Made by a program: the position numbers and the translations under genes | The notes under the pieces: model-generated | Told to the model about the DNA's origin: nothing | The model's database searches: none | The model's input: only the letters and a program-made list of their open reading frames with translations | Assembly: GCA_963807165.1 (NCBI GenBank) | Contig: CAWDZM010000001.1 | Coordinates: 577,471-641,470 of the forward strand | Length of the DNA: 64,000 bases | Source: an uncultured bacterium | GTDB lineage: Bacteria; Patescibacteriota; Minisyncoccia; UBA6257; 2-01-FULL-56-20 | Direction of reading: 5' to 3' | In this document: positions 44,313 through 54,097 of the stretch, one piece after another | How the letters are laid out: each line of letters starts with the position of its first letter | Numbering within the stretch: the first letter of the stretch is position 1

Positions 44313-44580
44313 TTATCCACAGGGCGGGTTTGCCACGCCTGCGGATTTTGGTATAGTTATTGAGGTCACTTACAAACTAAATATCAATTCAACTCACTAT
44401 CACAAATAGTGACCATCTTGGGACTACGTCCCACTCATTCGTCTAGCGCATGACATATGATGCGCATCTCTAAAACAAAGCTCGACCACATGGCCGGGCT
44501 TTTCTTTTTTCATAATCACCATATTGCGTTTTCTGCGGAATTTATATATAACATAGGCAGTTCTATCCCATCTTAAGGAG

Positions 44581-45315
44581 GTGGTCTCAGTGCCGAAAGA
44601 GGTTCCTGTAACTCGTCGAACTCTCATCGAAATCACAAAAACGCTTCTCGGGGAAGGCTGGAAGCTTATGCGGAGAGGAGAAATCGCTGATGATGTTATC
44701 AAGTATCACCTTGAACATCATCGTAGTCAACCAAGGAATATTGGCTTTAAGCGGAGTGATGGCAAGGGCCGTATCGTAAAGCTATGGTTGTCCTGCGATT
44801 ACGACCTGGCCGTAGAGTACAAGCGGGAAATGCCACTCTTCTTGGATCTTCCAGTCAGCTTTCCTTCGGGAATCGGCATGGCGTGGGCGCTCGTCACAAA
44901 TGCCGAGGGCAAGGCGATATATTTTTCAACGCCTCGAAACAGAACCATGAATTTCCAAGAGAATTTTCTCTTCAACGCCGAGGTCACCTGGCGGAGGGTT
45001 GAGTATTGGCCTTCATGCGAGAAGTGCGGCGCAGAGATGGAAATTGTCGAAACCGCTAAGCACGCCAACTTTTGGGGGTGCTACAAAACGGACAAGCATG
45101 CCGATGGCGAGCCCTTTACGGAAAAATGGAATTTTGCCCTTACCCCCGAACAGAATAAGAAAAAGAATGCAGAGTATCGGGGCAGAGCAAAGGGCCGCCG
45201 GAAGAATGAGAAAAAGGCCAAAGCCGAAGACAAGCCAATTCCTCAGAAGGCGCACGATATACGAATCGGGTGGAAGAGGGGGAAACAAGAACCCCCTCAA
45301 TCATCGGCCGCATAG
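44581..45315 (+). CDS. Hypothetical protein with a zinc-ribbon-like motif and basic tail
   Basis: CEKCGAEM...FWGC...H; AAGGAGGT SD suggests the start is GTG 44590; terminator GCGGGGCA-GAAA-TGCCCCGC-T6. Confidence 0.65.
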   Translation: MVSVPKEVPVTRRTLIEITKTLLGEGWKLMRRGEIADDVIKYHLEHHRSQPRNIGFKRSDGKGRIVKLWLSCDYDLAVEYKREMPLFLDLPVSFPSGIGMAWALVTNAEGKAIYFSTPRNRTMNFQENFLFNAEVTWRRVEYWPSCEKCGAEMEIVETAKHANFWGCYKTDKHADGEPFTEKWNFALTPEQNKKKNAEYRGRAKGRRKNEKKAKAEDKPIPQKAHDIRIGWKRGKQEPPQSSAA

Positions 45316-45549
45316 CGGCACAACATTCGGGCGGGGCAGAAATGCCCCGCTTTTTTATATAAAAAAGAGAAACGCCACGGATCCGTAAAGACCCATGGCG
45401 TTCTAGAGATGGTCGGGCTTCCCCGGGCCCCTTATTGTTGCCCAGGAGAACTCGAGATTTTTTAATTACCCATAGGCCTTTCTCCTTTCAGCGAAAGCGA
45501 CCCACAAAGTTAAGGTCTATAAGGAGAGTATACCCGTCTACTATATTTC

Positions 45550-46980
45550 TCAAGTTCTTGCCCTGATAGGCGAGTGGAATGCTTTTTGCCACACGCCCGC
45601 GAAGCGGGGGAACCATGAATCGGCGATGGCGCTCTTATATATCCATGTTCGGTACGGCGTGCCGTCGGCGTCAATGAGTTCGGGATAGCCACCGTTGCGC
45701 TCGGTATCATTCTTGAGCTGGAGCAGGATACGTTCAGCGCGATAGCGATAGGCTTCATCGTTGATCGCGCGCGAGAGATCAAGTAGGCGATCCGCAAGCT
45801 CGACGTTGAACGACGACCACACGGTGCGGCCGTGATACGACGGCGTGGTGTACTTATGGAGAAGATCGCACTCGGGGTTGGTATTCGAAACGAAATAGCA
45901 GTTAGTGGAGATATCGCGGAATGTGGGATCGAGAAAAATGTGATCGACGGTAGTTTTAAAAAGCATTTGTTCATCGGGTTGTGAAAGATCCCAAAAACCA
46001 TTCAGGATATGCGCAAAATCCAATGTGATATTGTTGGTTGCGCGAGCGCCAGTGATCCCGGGATCGAGCGAGTTGCAAATATATCCATCCGCACCGAAAA
46101 GCTCAAGAATATCTTTTTTATATTGATCAGCGTTGAGGCCAAGCGCGGCAAATACTTTTCCATCCATAAATCCGAGCCGCTCGGCTTTTGCAAATGTCGT
46201 CCAAATGTTTGCGCTCACGACAAAGCGCATGCGCTCGCGGCGCGTGTCGGTTGCGCTCGACATATTTTTGCGCGCGTCGAGCAGAAGATATTTCTTCTTA
46301 TTAACGATAATCGGCTCGAGCCGCCGCGCGATGCGTGTAAGTTCGCGCTCGATATTCTTTTTATGGCGAGCGATGAGGAGCGATGCGGCGTTGCGTCCTT
46401 CGTAGCCGGACGATTCGGCGAGTTGTTCAAGCCCTGCGAGGATGCCGAGCAGGGAATCGGAGGGCGGCGTCACATAATTGACGGCGGCGAATCGCCGGGT
46501 GGTCAGCGGGATAATCGTTGTTGTGTACGGCCGCGCGCCCATCGTTTCAAGCGCGGTGCCCAAACTCCGCTCGAGCAGGATGATGCGATTTTGGCGATCA
46601 GCCTCATCTATAATAGTGACCGGGTTGAGGAGATCGGGATAGAACCACGCAAAGTTTCGCAAATAAAGCCCGCGCGAGTGCGGCGCACCGGTCGTAATAA
46701 AAAGATGTTTTGGGTCGAAGGCGCGCCGCACGCTTTCGCCGTAGAGCGTTGCGATCGGCGCCGACGTCTGTTCCTGCGCAACGCTCGAAACGGAGTGCAC
46801 TAAAAAGTTTACCGCCTGCGCGGAGTGCGCGAGGTGGCGGTAGAGCATGTTCGTTTTCCCTTCCGCGCGCCGGGTCTCCGCCGGCACGGCAACATGATCC
46901 CGGAGCGGATGACCCCAGACATAAATGATCACACCGACAATAAAATACGTCGAAACAACATAGATAATAAAATTGATCAT
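45550..46980 (-). CDS. Membrane-anchored six-hairpin glycosidase-like protein (GDE_C-like)
   Basis: LYLRNFAW, SYHGRTVW and GGYPEL resemble amylo-alpha-1,6-glucosidase motifs; N-terminal TM. Confidence 0.5.
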   Translation of the reverse strand: MINFIIYVVSTYFIVGVIIYVWGHPLRDHVAVPAETRRAEGKTNMLYRHLAHSAQAVNFLVHSVSSVAQEQTSAPIATLYGESVRRAFDPKHLFITTGAPHSRGLYLRNFAWFYPDLLNPVTIIDEADRQNRIILLERSLGTALETMGARPYTTTIIPLTTRRFAAVNYVTPPSDSLLGILAGLEQLAESSGYEGRNAASLLIARHKKNIERELTRIARRLEPIIVNKKKYLLLDARKNMSSATDTRRERMRFVVSANIWTTFAKAERLGFMDGKVFAALGLNADQYKKDILELFGADGYICNSLDPGITGARATNNITLDFAHILNGFWDLSQPDEQMLFKTTVDHIFLDPTFRDISTNCYFVSNTNPECDLLHKYTTPSYHGRTVWSSFNVELADRLLDLSRAINDEAYRYRAERILLQLKNDTERNGGYPELIDADGTPYRTWIYKSAIADSWFPRFAGVWQKAFHSPIRART

Positions 46981-47156
46981 ACGATAAAGGCTATACGAGC
47001 CATTATACCATTGAGCGGGCTGGGCACGGCATTAGAATTTTTAATGAGCGAGAAATATTAATTAAAAAAATTGACAGCATAAAATATTTAGGGTATATAA
47101 ATCGTAGTCCCTCTTGTCTCGTATGAGCAAGAGAATCTCAATTTGGAGGTGCTGAA

Positions 47157-47309
47157 ATGGCACATAACACCCTTAGCTACTACACTCGGATTACTCGTGG
47201 CCCTGGTGAATTGGATCTCAATCGTTATTTAGAAACTGCCGGCCGTTATTGCATTATCGGGTGGAATAGCGAAAGAATCACTGCCAATTGCATTTCCCCG
47301 CCAAAGTGA
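47157..47309 (+). CDS. 50-aa ORFan
   Basis: MAHNTLSYY...CISPPK; TTGACA 47071, GGAGGT SD, terminator at 47339-47364. Confidence 0.5.
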   Translation: MAHNTLSYYTRITRGPGELDLNRYLETAGRYCIIGWNSERITANCISPPK

Positions 47310-47379
47310 GAATGTGTTCCCGTAGCCCCGCAACCAGAAGCCTCGACTTTGGTCGGGGCTTTTTATATACACAATAAAA

Positions 47380-47494
47380 GCTCATCGGAGCATTACTTCA
47401 TAAGAGTGTCGCGGAGGCACGAAGGTGCCGAGCGCCAAGGCGGCCGGTCAGCAGACTGGAACGCCGTCTCTTATGAAGTAATGCTCCGATGAGC
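47380..47494. repeat. Structured inverted-repeat element, copy B (tRNA-Gly trailer)
   Basis: Perfect 27-bp arms 47380-47406 / 47468-47494 around a 61-nt core homologous to 4212-4267. Confidence 0.8.
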
Positions 47495-47562
47495 GGGTAA
47501 GGGGAGTCGAACCCCTGACTTCACCTTGGAAGGGTGACGTAATACCGTTATACAATACCCGC
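47492..47562 (-). tRNA. tRNA-Gly(UCC)
   Basis: GCGGGTA/TACCCGC acceptor stem, TCACC-CTTCCAA-GGTGA anticodon arm, GTTCGACT. Confidence 0.95.
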
Positions 47563-47655
47563 ATTGCGGCGCTGTCCGGCGCGCCTGCGTGATTTAATCT
47601 ACCATTCTTGCTTGCTTTTTTCAATGATTTTTGCTAAAAATAGGTAATCTAATTC

Positions 47656-48255
47656 ATGCACACACTCTCCCGTCGCACGAAGATCATTGTGGCTTTTGTC
47701 ATCATTCTGGCGGTGGGATACGGCCTTGCCCTTTTTTGGCAGTGGCAGAACGGGGTACCGGCAAGCTTCACTGCTGCACGCCTGCAGGGAGCTATCATCG
47801 CCCAAACGATCGTCAATAATTCCAACCAGTCCACTGCGGAGCTGGATGCTATCAGCAAATATGATCAGGAGGGCGACTATACTGATGCGCTCGCATCGAC
47901 GACGGCACTCATCAATCAGAGTGCGGGGTTGCGCGATGAAGCGGTTCAGCTTTCCGCGCAGGTAACCCAGATGACGAATGATCTTCCGGATATCAAATCG
48001 CAGGCGGCGCAGCAAGCGGCGCTCCAGTCGATCACAATCCGCCTCGCGGTCATCAACGAGCTGATTACCTACAGCAACGATCTCGATCATCTTCTCGCGA
48101 TACTGCAAGCGCGGTTCAGCGGTACGCCCCAGCCGAACGGCGCGGTGGCGAACGTCGTGAGTCAGATCAACGCCGACGTGAACTTGATTAACACCTTTAA
48201 CGCGCAGGCTGGGCAGGCGATGGATAAGTTTGATAGTATAGAGAAAGGGAATTAA
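47656..48255 (+). CDS. Membrane-anchored helical hypothetical protein
   Basis: N-terminal TM, Q/A/N-rich helices. Confidence 0.75.
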   Translation: MHTLSRRTKIIVAFVIILAVGYGLALFWQWQNGVPASFTAARLQGAIIAQTIVNNSNQSTAELDAISKYDQEGDYTDALASTTALINQSAGLRDEAVQLSAQVTQMTNDLPDIKSQAAQQAALQSITIRLAVINELITYSNDLDHLLAILQARFSGTPQPNGAVANVVSQINADVNLINTFNAQAGQAMDKFDSIEKGN

Positions 48256-48273
48256 AGAAACCTTGCCGTGTAT

Positions 48274-48504
48274 CCGCTTGTAGCTCAGTGGTAGAGCCGT
48301 CGTCTTAAAATGGGCAGCGAGACGAAAATAGAAATGTGGGCACGCAAGGGCGTATAGCTCAGCGGTAGAGCAGACGTCTTATACACGTCCGGTCCTAGGT
48401 TCGAATCCTAGTGCGCCCACATTTCTATTTTTGACGAGTGAACCCATTTTATGGGCGAAGCCCATAAACACAACTGGTCGTAGACTCGAATCCTACCGGG
48501 CGGA
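48274..48504 (+). pseudogene. Degenerate outer tRNA interrupted in its anticodon loop
   Basis: 5' half CCGCTTG-TA-GCTC-AGTGGTA-GAGC-C-GTCGT-CTT (48274-48306); 3' half AAAC-ACAAC-TGGTC-GTAGA-CTCGAAT-CCTAC-CGGGCGG-A (48466-48504). Confidence 0.7.
48348..48419 (+). tRNA. tRNA-Ile(UAU)
   Basis: GGGCGTA/TGCGCCC-A acceptor stem, GACGT-CTTATAC-ACGTC anticodon arm, CTAGG-TTCGAAT-CCTAG. Confidence 0.9.
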
Positions 48505-48556
48505 CAGAATTGACTAAAGTTCATTTATCGGTTATAATTCTTGCAGAGGTGATCGC

Positions 48557-48763
48557 ATGGTAGTTTTTGAAGAAGTAGGCGAGAGGATTGCCGTTCGTAT
48601 GAACGGGCATCTCATCGGACACATTTCTCCCAGGCACGGATTCCATTTAAATTCCGGGCACATGGAAACCTTCATTCAGATAGGCGCGAAAGACCTGCGT
48701 CAAATCGCTGAAAAAGCAGAGGAAGTAGCGGGGATAGAACATCCCCAAGTCCAGCTCGTCTAA
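48557..48763 (+). CDS. Small ORFan
   Basis: TTGACT 48510 / TATAAT 48533, GAGGTGA SD, downstream terminator hairpin. Confidence 0.6.
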   Translation: MVVFEEVGERIAVRMNGHLIGHISPRHGFHLNSGHMETFIQIGAKDLRQIAEKAEEVAGIEHPQVQLV

Positions 48764-48836
48764 GACAAGCGCGGCATGTGCATCGCAGTCGCACGGAGAT
48801 TATCCCGTGCGACTGTTTTTTTATTCTCTTCTACGC

Positions 48837-50666
48837 TTACGCCGCGATTGGTTTGATCTTGAACGGTTTCAGCACTGCGTTGAAGTCGTCCTGTTCCAAA
48901 ACTTCTTTCTCTATTAATGTCTCGGCAATCTTTTGCAGTGCCGCTTTGTGAGTCTTTAATATTTTTTCTGCGGTGGTATAGGCGTGGAAGAGGAGGGCGT
49001 GTATCTGTTGGTCGATCTCCGATGCGGTGCGTTCGGAATAATTTTTGTCGTTAGAGATCTCTTGACCGAGGAACATCATCTGTTCGCTCTTGCCGAAGAC
49101 GATCGGGCCGAGCTCGCTCATGCCGTATTTTGTAACCATCCGTCGCGCGAGCTCGGACGCTTCTTTAAGATCGCTTGATGCGCCGGTGGAGACGTCGCCA
49201 AAGGTAAGCTTTTCCGAGACGTGGCCGCCCATCATCATAGCGAGATCCGCCATGAATTGGTTGCGCGTCTTGAGGTGCTGATCTTCATTCGGGAGCTTCA
49301 TGGTATAGCCGCCAGCGAAGCCGCGGGAGATGATGGAAACTTTCTGTACCGGATCGGCGTCTTTGACTGCGGCGGCAACGAGCGCATGACCACCCTCGTG
49401 GTACGCAGTGATCTCTTTTTCTTTTTGCGAGATGACGCGGCTCTTGCGCTCCGGACCCATGATCACTTTTTCTGCGGCCTCAAAGAGCTCTGCTTGGCCG
49501 ATCGATTTTTTATTATGCCGCGCGCTTGCGATGGCGGCCTCGTTCATCAAGTTCGCAAGGTCTGCGCCGGAAAATCCCGGCGTGCGTCCCGCGACGCGGC
49601 GGAGGTCAACGTCCTTCTCGAGCGTTTTGCCTTCGGAGTGGATTTTAAGGATCGCTTCGCGGTCATTCATGTCGGGGAGGTCGAGGATGACGCGGCGATC
49701 GAAGCGGCCGGGCCGGAGCAACGCTGGATCAAGAACATCCGGGCGATTGGTTGCTGCAAGGACGATCACCCGTGTGTCGCGGTCAAAGCCGTCCATCTCC
49801 ACGAGAATCTGGTTGAGTGTTTGTTCGCGCTCATCACTGCCACCGCCCATGCCGGCGCCACGCTGGCGGCCGACGGCATCGATCTCATCTATAAAGAGGA
49901 TTGCTGGCGAGGCTCGCTTGGCCTGCATGAAGGCGTCGCGCGTGCGCGAGGCACCGACGCCAACGAACATTTCCACGAACTCGGACGCTGATATATAGAA
50001 GAAGGGGACGTTGCTCTCGCCGGCGACCGCGCGCGCGACGAGCGTTTTGCCCGTGCCCGGAGGTCCCATCAAAAGAATGCCGCGCGGGATGCGCGCGCCA
50101 AGATCCAAAAACTTTTGCGGATTTTTTAAAAAGTCTACAACCTCTATCAATTCCTCTTTTGCTTCTTTTAATCCGGCGACATCTTTAAAGAGCACTCGGT
50201 CTTTTATGTTCGAGAGTTTAAGATTCGATCGCCCGAAATTAAATGCCTGATTGACGCCGGTCTTTGCCTGGCGGAGCATGAACCAGAAAAATGCGCCGAT
50301 GATGATGAGTGTGAGAAGTGGATCGATCAGGATGCCGAGCCAATATTCCCACCCGGACTGATTCACGATCTCGAGGTCCACGCTTTGCATCGCTTGCTGA
50401 TTCACGCCGAGATTTTTTAGCGTGTCGGTAACACTCACCCCATCCTCTTTTTGTGCGATGGCGGCACTGCCGTCCGTCATCGTCACGTCGAGTTCGTCGC
50501 CATTCACTTTTATTTGCTTGATAGTGCCGGCGTTGATATCGCCCACAAGCTGATCAAGGTTGAGCGAGGTCGGCGTGGTTTGTGGTCCTACAAAATATGA
50601 AAAAATAAGCGAGATAACAATAAGCGTGATGACCGCCCAGATAATATTTTTAGTAAGGTTGGACAT
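48837..50666 (-). CDS. ftsH: ATP-dependent Zn metalloprotease FtsH
   Basis: Two [32 protein letters not shown]. Confidence 0.98.
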   Translation of the reverse strand: MSNLTKNIIWAVITLIVISLIFSYFVGPQTTPTSLNLDQLVGDINAGTIKQIKVNGDELDVTMTDGSAAIAQKEDGVSVTDTLKNLGVNQQAMQSVDLEIVNQSGWEYWLGILIDPLLTLIIIGAFFWFMLRQAKTGVNQAFNFGRSNLKLSNIKDRVLFKDVAGLKEAKEELIEVVDFLKNPQKFLDLGARIPRGILLMGPPGTGKTLVARAVAGESNVPFFYISASEFVEMFVGVGASRTRDAFMQAKRASPAILFIDEIDAVGRQRGAGMGGGSDEREQTLNQILVEMDGFDRDTRVIVLAATNRPDVLDPALLRPGRFDRRVILDLPDMNDREAILKIHSEGKTLEKDVDLRRVAGRTPGFSGADLANLMNEAAIASARHNKKSIGQAELFEAAEKVIMGPERKSRVISQKEKEITAYHEGGHALVAAAVKDADPVQKVSIISRGFAGGYTMKLPNEDQHLKTRNQFMADLAMMMGGHVSEKLTFGDVSTGASSDLKEASELARRMVTKYGMSELGPIVFGKSEQMMFLGQEISNDKNYSERTASEIDQQIHALLFHAYTTAEKILKTHKAALQKIAETLIEKEVLEQDDFNAVLKPFKIKPIAA

Positions 50667-50770
50667 GGGGTGGAGTTAATTAATGTAACATCATTATATC
50701 ATTTAGGAATATAGAATGGAAAACGCGCGAAGGAATAAATCCTCCGCGCGTTGTTGTTGCCTCTCATCGA

Positions 50771-51040
50771 TCAGCAGGAGGTCGGCGTTAGCCGCTCCAG
50801 CTTGTGGGAGAATCGCTCCCACTGACTTCGGCGTTCCTGGATATCTTGCATCAGCGGCCAATCCTGAGAACAGGAATCGCCGTCCGCAAGGAGTGTCGGA
50901 AGCTCATTCTCGCGCTTCTGGATCTTGTCCAGTGCTTCTTCGGCCACCGCGAGGTTAAGCTTTCTCTTATTTTCGAACTTCTGCAAGAGCTCCTCTGTCC
51001 CGTTGAGCCAGTTCCAAAACTTTACCAACATCTTAACCAT
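50771..51040 (-). CDS. Small ORFan
   Basis: GAGGAG SD, TTGACA / TGcTATAAT promoter at 51120-51091, terminator near 50725-50752. Confidence 0.55.
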   Translation of the reverse strand: MVKMLVKFWNWLNGTEELLQKFENKRKLNLAVAEEALDKIQKRENELPTLLADGDSCSQDWPLMQDIQERRSQWERFSHKLERLTPTSC

Positions 51041-51168
51041 GATGATCTCCTCTTCTTCCCGGCCATTTTCAATGGCTAGATACTGAAAGTATTATAGCAT
51101 ATATATTAGCTATTTGTCAATAGCGGCACAAACCCGCACAATAGGGCTGTATTTGCTATAATTCCAGC

Positions 51169-51666
51169 ATGGAAAAGAAAACGGAGCTCTATCTGCGCAA
51201 TGTCATCTTTGGGATTTCGGACAGCTTGGTTTCTACGGTCGGACTGCTTGCCGGTATCGATGCCGCCGGAACGTCACGGCAAACGATCCTGCTCACCGGA
51301 ATTGTTTATGCGTTCGTGGAGGCATTCTCTATGGCGGTGGGGAGCTTCCTTTCCGAGCAGTCCGCAGAAGAATATGAGGTGAAGGGCGAAGCGCCGGGCG
51401 CAGGGCCATTCACCGCGGGAGTAGTGATGTTTATTTCGTTTATCCTCGCGTCGTTTATCCCAATTGTGCCGTATCTTCTTTTTAGTATTACCACAGCGCT
51501 GTGGTGTTCTATAGGATTCTCTCTCGTCGCGCTTTTGATCGTCGGCATGATCAGCGCCAAGATCGTGAAGGTAAACATGCTGAGCCACGCTTTGAAAATG
51601 ATGTTGCTCGGTGGCGCGGCGATCGTAATCGGTGTCATCGTCGGGATTTTTGTGAAGGCGGGGTAG
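51169..51666 (+). CDS. VIT1/CCC1 family metal transporter
   Basis: VIFGISDSLVST, AFSMAVGSFLS, FIPIVPY. Confidence 0.9.
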   Translation: MEKKTELYLRNVIFGISDSLVSTVGLLAGIDAAGTSRQTILLTGIVYAFVEAFSMAVGSFLSEQSAEEYEVKGEAPGAGPFTAGVVMFISFILASFIPIVPYLLFSITTALWCSIGFSLVALLIVGMISAKIVKVNMLSHALKMMLLGGAAIVIGVIVGIFVKAG

Positions 51667-51705
51667 AACGGGATGTAAGGATAAAAAAAGGGCGGAGTCG
51701 GAATA

Positions 51706-52356
51706 TTATCCGACTTCGCCCTTTTGGTTTTCTAGTAGTGGGATCAAATCGTGCAGACGTGCGATAAAAGAATCGGCGTTTGCTCGGAGAGAATCTTCGG
51801 ATGACTCAAAACATCCGGGAATCCCAACGGTTTTCATGCCGAGCGCCTTAGCGGTTACAATCGCTTTTGTGGTGCTCCCTACGTATAATCTGGCACACGT
51901 TGGGATATAGGAAAATGCGGAAAGAAGCCTTTCCCTATTGCTGTTATACCCGCCCGCTTCAACATGATCAATGAGAGTAGCGATACTCATCCGCTTGATG
52001 TTATGAAACATTTTTTCCGGAGGTGTTCCGCTCACGAGAGCGGTCATGATCCGGAGATCGTGACAGTAGGCGAGTGCCTCCCTTGCGCCATCTCGCAGCT
52101 CGAGATCATCAAGGTGTTCCAAGAAGTATTGCTCGTAAATCACATACGGCTGTAGCCAATTGGCCCTCTTTGGTATCCCATGGTTTCGGCAAAAAGCGGA
52201 AAAGCTTATGGAAATTTCCGCAAGAAATACCGCAAGAGTAGGAGGTTCCACTTCGTAGTACTCGAACGTTGCGCGCATTGCTTGATAGGCATGGTCGAGG
52301 CTATTGGCAACCAACGTCCCATCCCAGTTGCATATCACGGCCTTCGGTAATGGCAT
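51706..52356 (-). CDS. Degenerate HAD-superfamily hydrolase
   Basis: VICNWDGTLV (first Asp replaced by Asn), YVGS in place of YVGD; AAAGGAG SD. Confidence 0.75.
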   Translation of the reverse strand: MPLPKAVICNWDGTLVANSLDHAYQAMRATFEYYEVEPPTLAVFLAEISISFSAFCRNHGIPKRANWLQPYVIYEQYFLEHLDDLELRDGAREALAYCHDLRIMTALVSGTPPEKMFHNIKRMSIATLIDHVEAGGYNSNRERLLSAFSYIPTCARLYVGSTTKAIVTAKALGMKTVGIPGCFESSEDSLRANADSFIARLHDLIPLLENQKGEVG

Positions 52357-52429
52357 GGCTGCTCCTTTCTAAACCTCTGTTGCTGTGGGTAGCCTAGTAC
52401 ATCCGAAGCTAAACTACAAGATTATTTCC

Positions 52430-53506
52430 TTACAATATCCCGTGGAGCGGCCAGGTGATGGCCTCGAGTATTTTTAAAAGGAACGGGCGCTGTATCCACT
52501 CCTCTTTTATTGTGAGTTTTGAATGGAGAAGATCTTCTTCGAATTGATGTTTTAACTCGGCGATAAAATCTGGGTTGGAGCTTTTTATATTTCCTTCAAA
52601 GTTAAGGAGCAGGCTAAGATTGTCGATATTCGCGCTCCCGACGCTTGCCCACGTATCATCAATGATTCCGGTTTTCGCGTGGAGGATTCTTTTTTCGTCA
52701 TAGCGATATATTTTAATGCCCACGTGGAGTGCGAGGAGGACATACGATCCGCTCGCGATCTGGGCGCTGCGTACGTCCGAAGATCCGGGAATAAGAATAC
52801 GGACATCAACGCCACGCAGGGCGGCGCGTTGGAGCGCGGTAAAAAGCAGAACGCTTGGCACGAAATACGGCGTGGTCAAATAGATATATTTTTTTGCCTT
52901 GCGTATCGTGCGGCGGAGATCGTGATAGATATAGCGGCCGTGCAAACGCGGCGCATTGGCGAGGAATAAAAATCCATCCTCTGTTCTAAACGCCGGTTTA
53001 TGTTTAAAAATTTTATTGCGCGGCGCAGTGACCCACATCTGATCGAAGCTCTTTTGCAGTTCCGCCACCACGCGCCCAGTCACCCGCACATTGGTATCGC
53101 GCCAGTTCGCCATGCGCCCGTCAATCCCCACACCTCCTGTATGGGCGATGGCTCCGTCTACCAACAGGATCTTCCGGTGATCGCGTAAGAACCACGAGAA
53201 GACATTGCCAATGCGCCACGGCTGGATCGGATTGAAAAACTTTATCGCGGCGCCGGCAGCCGTGAGTGCGTGCTCACTCTTTGAATTCAGAAAGCCATAG
53301 CTTCCCACCGCGTCGCACAGGATCCGTACACGCACGCCCTCGCCGATCTTTTCCTTTATTACCTCGAAAAATCGTTGCCCCACCGCGTCGTCCTCAAAAA
53401 TATATTGCTCAATGTCGATATATTTTCGCGCGAGGGCACAATCCGCAAACATGGATTCCCACGCATCCGCGGAATGTATATAAAATTTCCAGGTGGTGTC
53501 TGTCAT
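52430..53506 (-). CDS. Cardiolipin synthase-like phospholipase D
   Basis: Two HKD motifs (DHRKILLVD, LHAKTGIID), TPYFVP. Confidence 0.92.
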   Translation of the reverse strand: MTDTTWKFYIHSADAWESMFADCALARKYIDIEQYIFEDDAVGQRFFEVIKEKIGEGVRVRILCDAVGSYGFLNSKSEHALTAAGAAIKFFNPIQPWRIGNVFSWFLRDHRKILLVDGAIAHTGGVGIDGRMANWRDTNVRVTGRVVAELQKSFDQMWVTAPRNKIFKHKPAFRTEDGFLFLANAPRLHGRYIYHDLRRTIRKAKKYIYLTTPYFVPSVLLFTALQRAALRGVDVRILIPGSSDVRSAQIASGSYVLLALHVGIKIYRYDEKRILHAKTGIIDDTWASVGSANIDNLSLLLNFEGNIKSSNPDFIAELKHQFEEDLLHSKLTIKEEWIQRPFLLKILEAITWPLHGIL

Positions 53507-53596
53507 GAGATGCTCTTTATGATAAGCTTAGCACCAACTTGCCAAAGCTGTTCGTTTTTGAAAGACTGGAGAGAGAACATCGCAAAGGAGGTTGAT

Positions 53597-54040
53597 ATGG
53601 AATATCCCGATGGAGAAAAGCGCAGGCGCGATATTCCAGCGGTCGCATTAAGCGCGGCCGATTACGAGGAAATGTCTGCTATAAAAGGGATGGCTTTTGA
53701 GTGCGTCGACTGGGTAAAACACAACAAGAACCGATTAGAAACGACTTTGCCGTTGATTGAGGAGGCTCTTCGGCTGAAGATTTTCGACAATTGGCTACCG
53801 GTCCGCTCGGTCATTAATAATCTGACCGACAAGAATGTGGTCAATGATATTACCGAAGCGGTTCCTCCGGAAAGCACCTTCTTTGATAAGCCTGCCAGGG
53901 TTCTTGATATCGTCGTTGTTCTGAACTATTGGAAGGGGAGGGGATTTTTAAGAGATCAGGATCAGTTTGTCTATGCCTTCAATGTTTTGAGCGACGCCCT
54001 AGAAGAAGATATTCGGTTCCTCGCAACGAAACAAGATTGA
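53597..54040 (+). CDS. ORFan
   Basis: AAGGAGGT SD before ATG 53597; hairpin terminator at about 54066-54096. Confidence 0.6.
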   Translation: MEYPDGEKRRRDIPAVALSAADYEEMSAIKGMAFECVDWVKHNKNRLETTLPLIEEALRLKIFDNWLPVRSVINNLTDKNVVNDITEAVPPESTFFDKPARVLDIVVVLNYWKGRGFLRDQDQFVYAFNVLSDALEEDIRFLATKQD

Positions 54041-54097
54041 AAATACGGCAGACCCCCGTCCTCAAAGGCCATCTCTCGCGAGACGGCCTCTTTTTTA

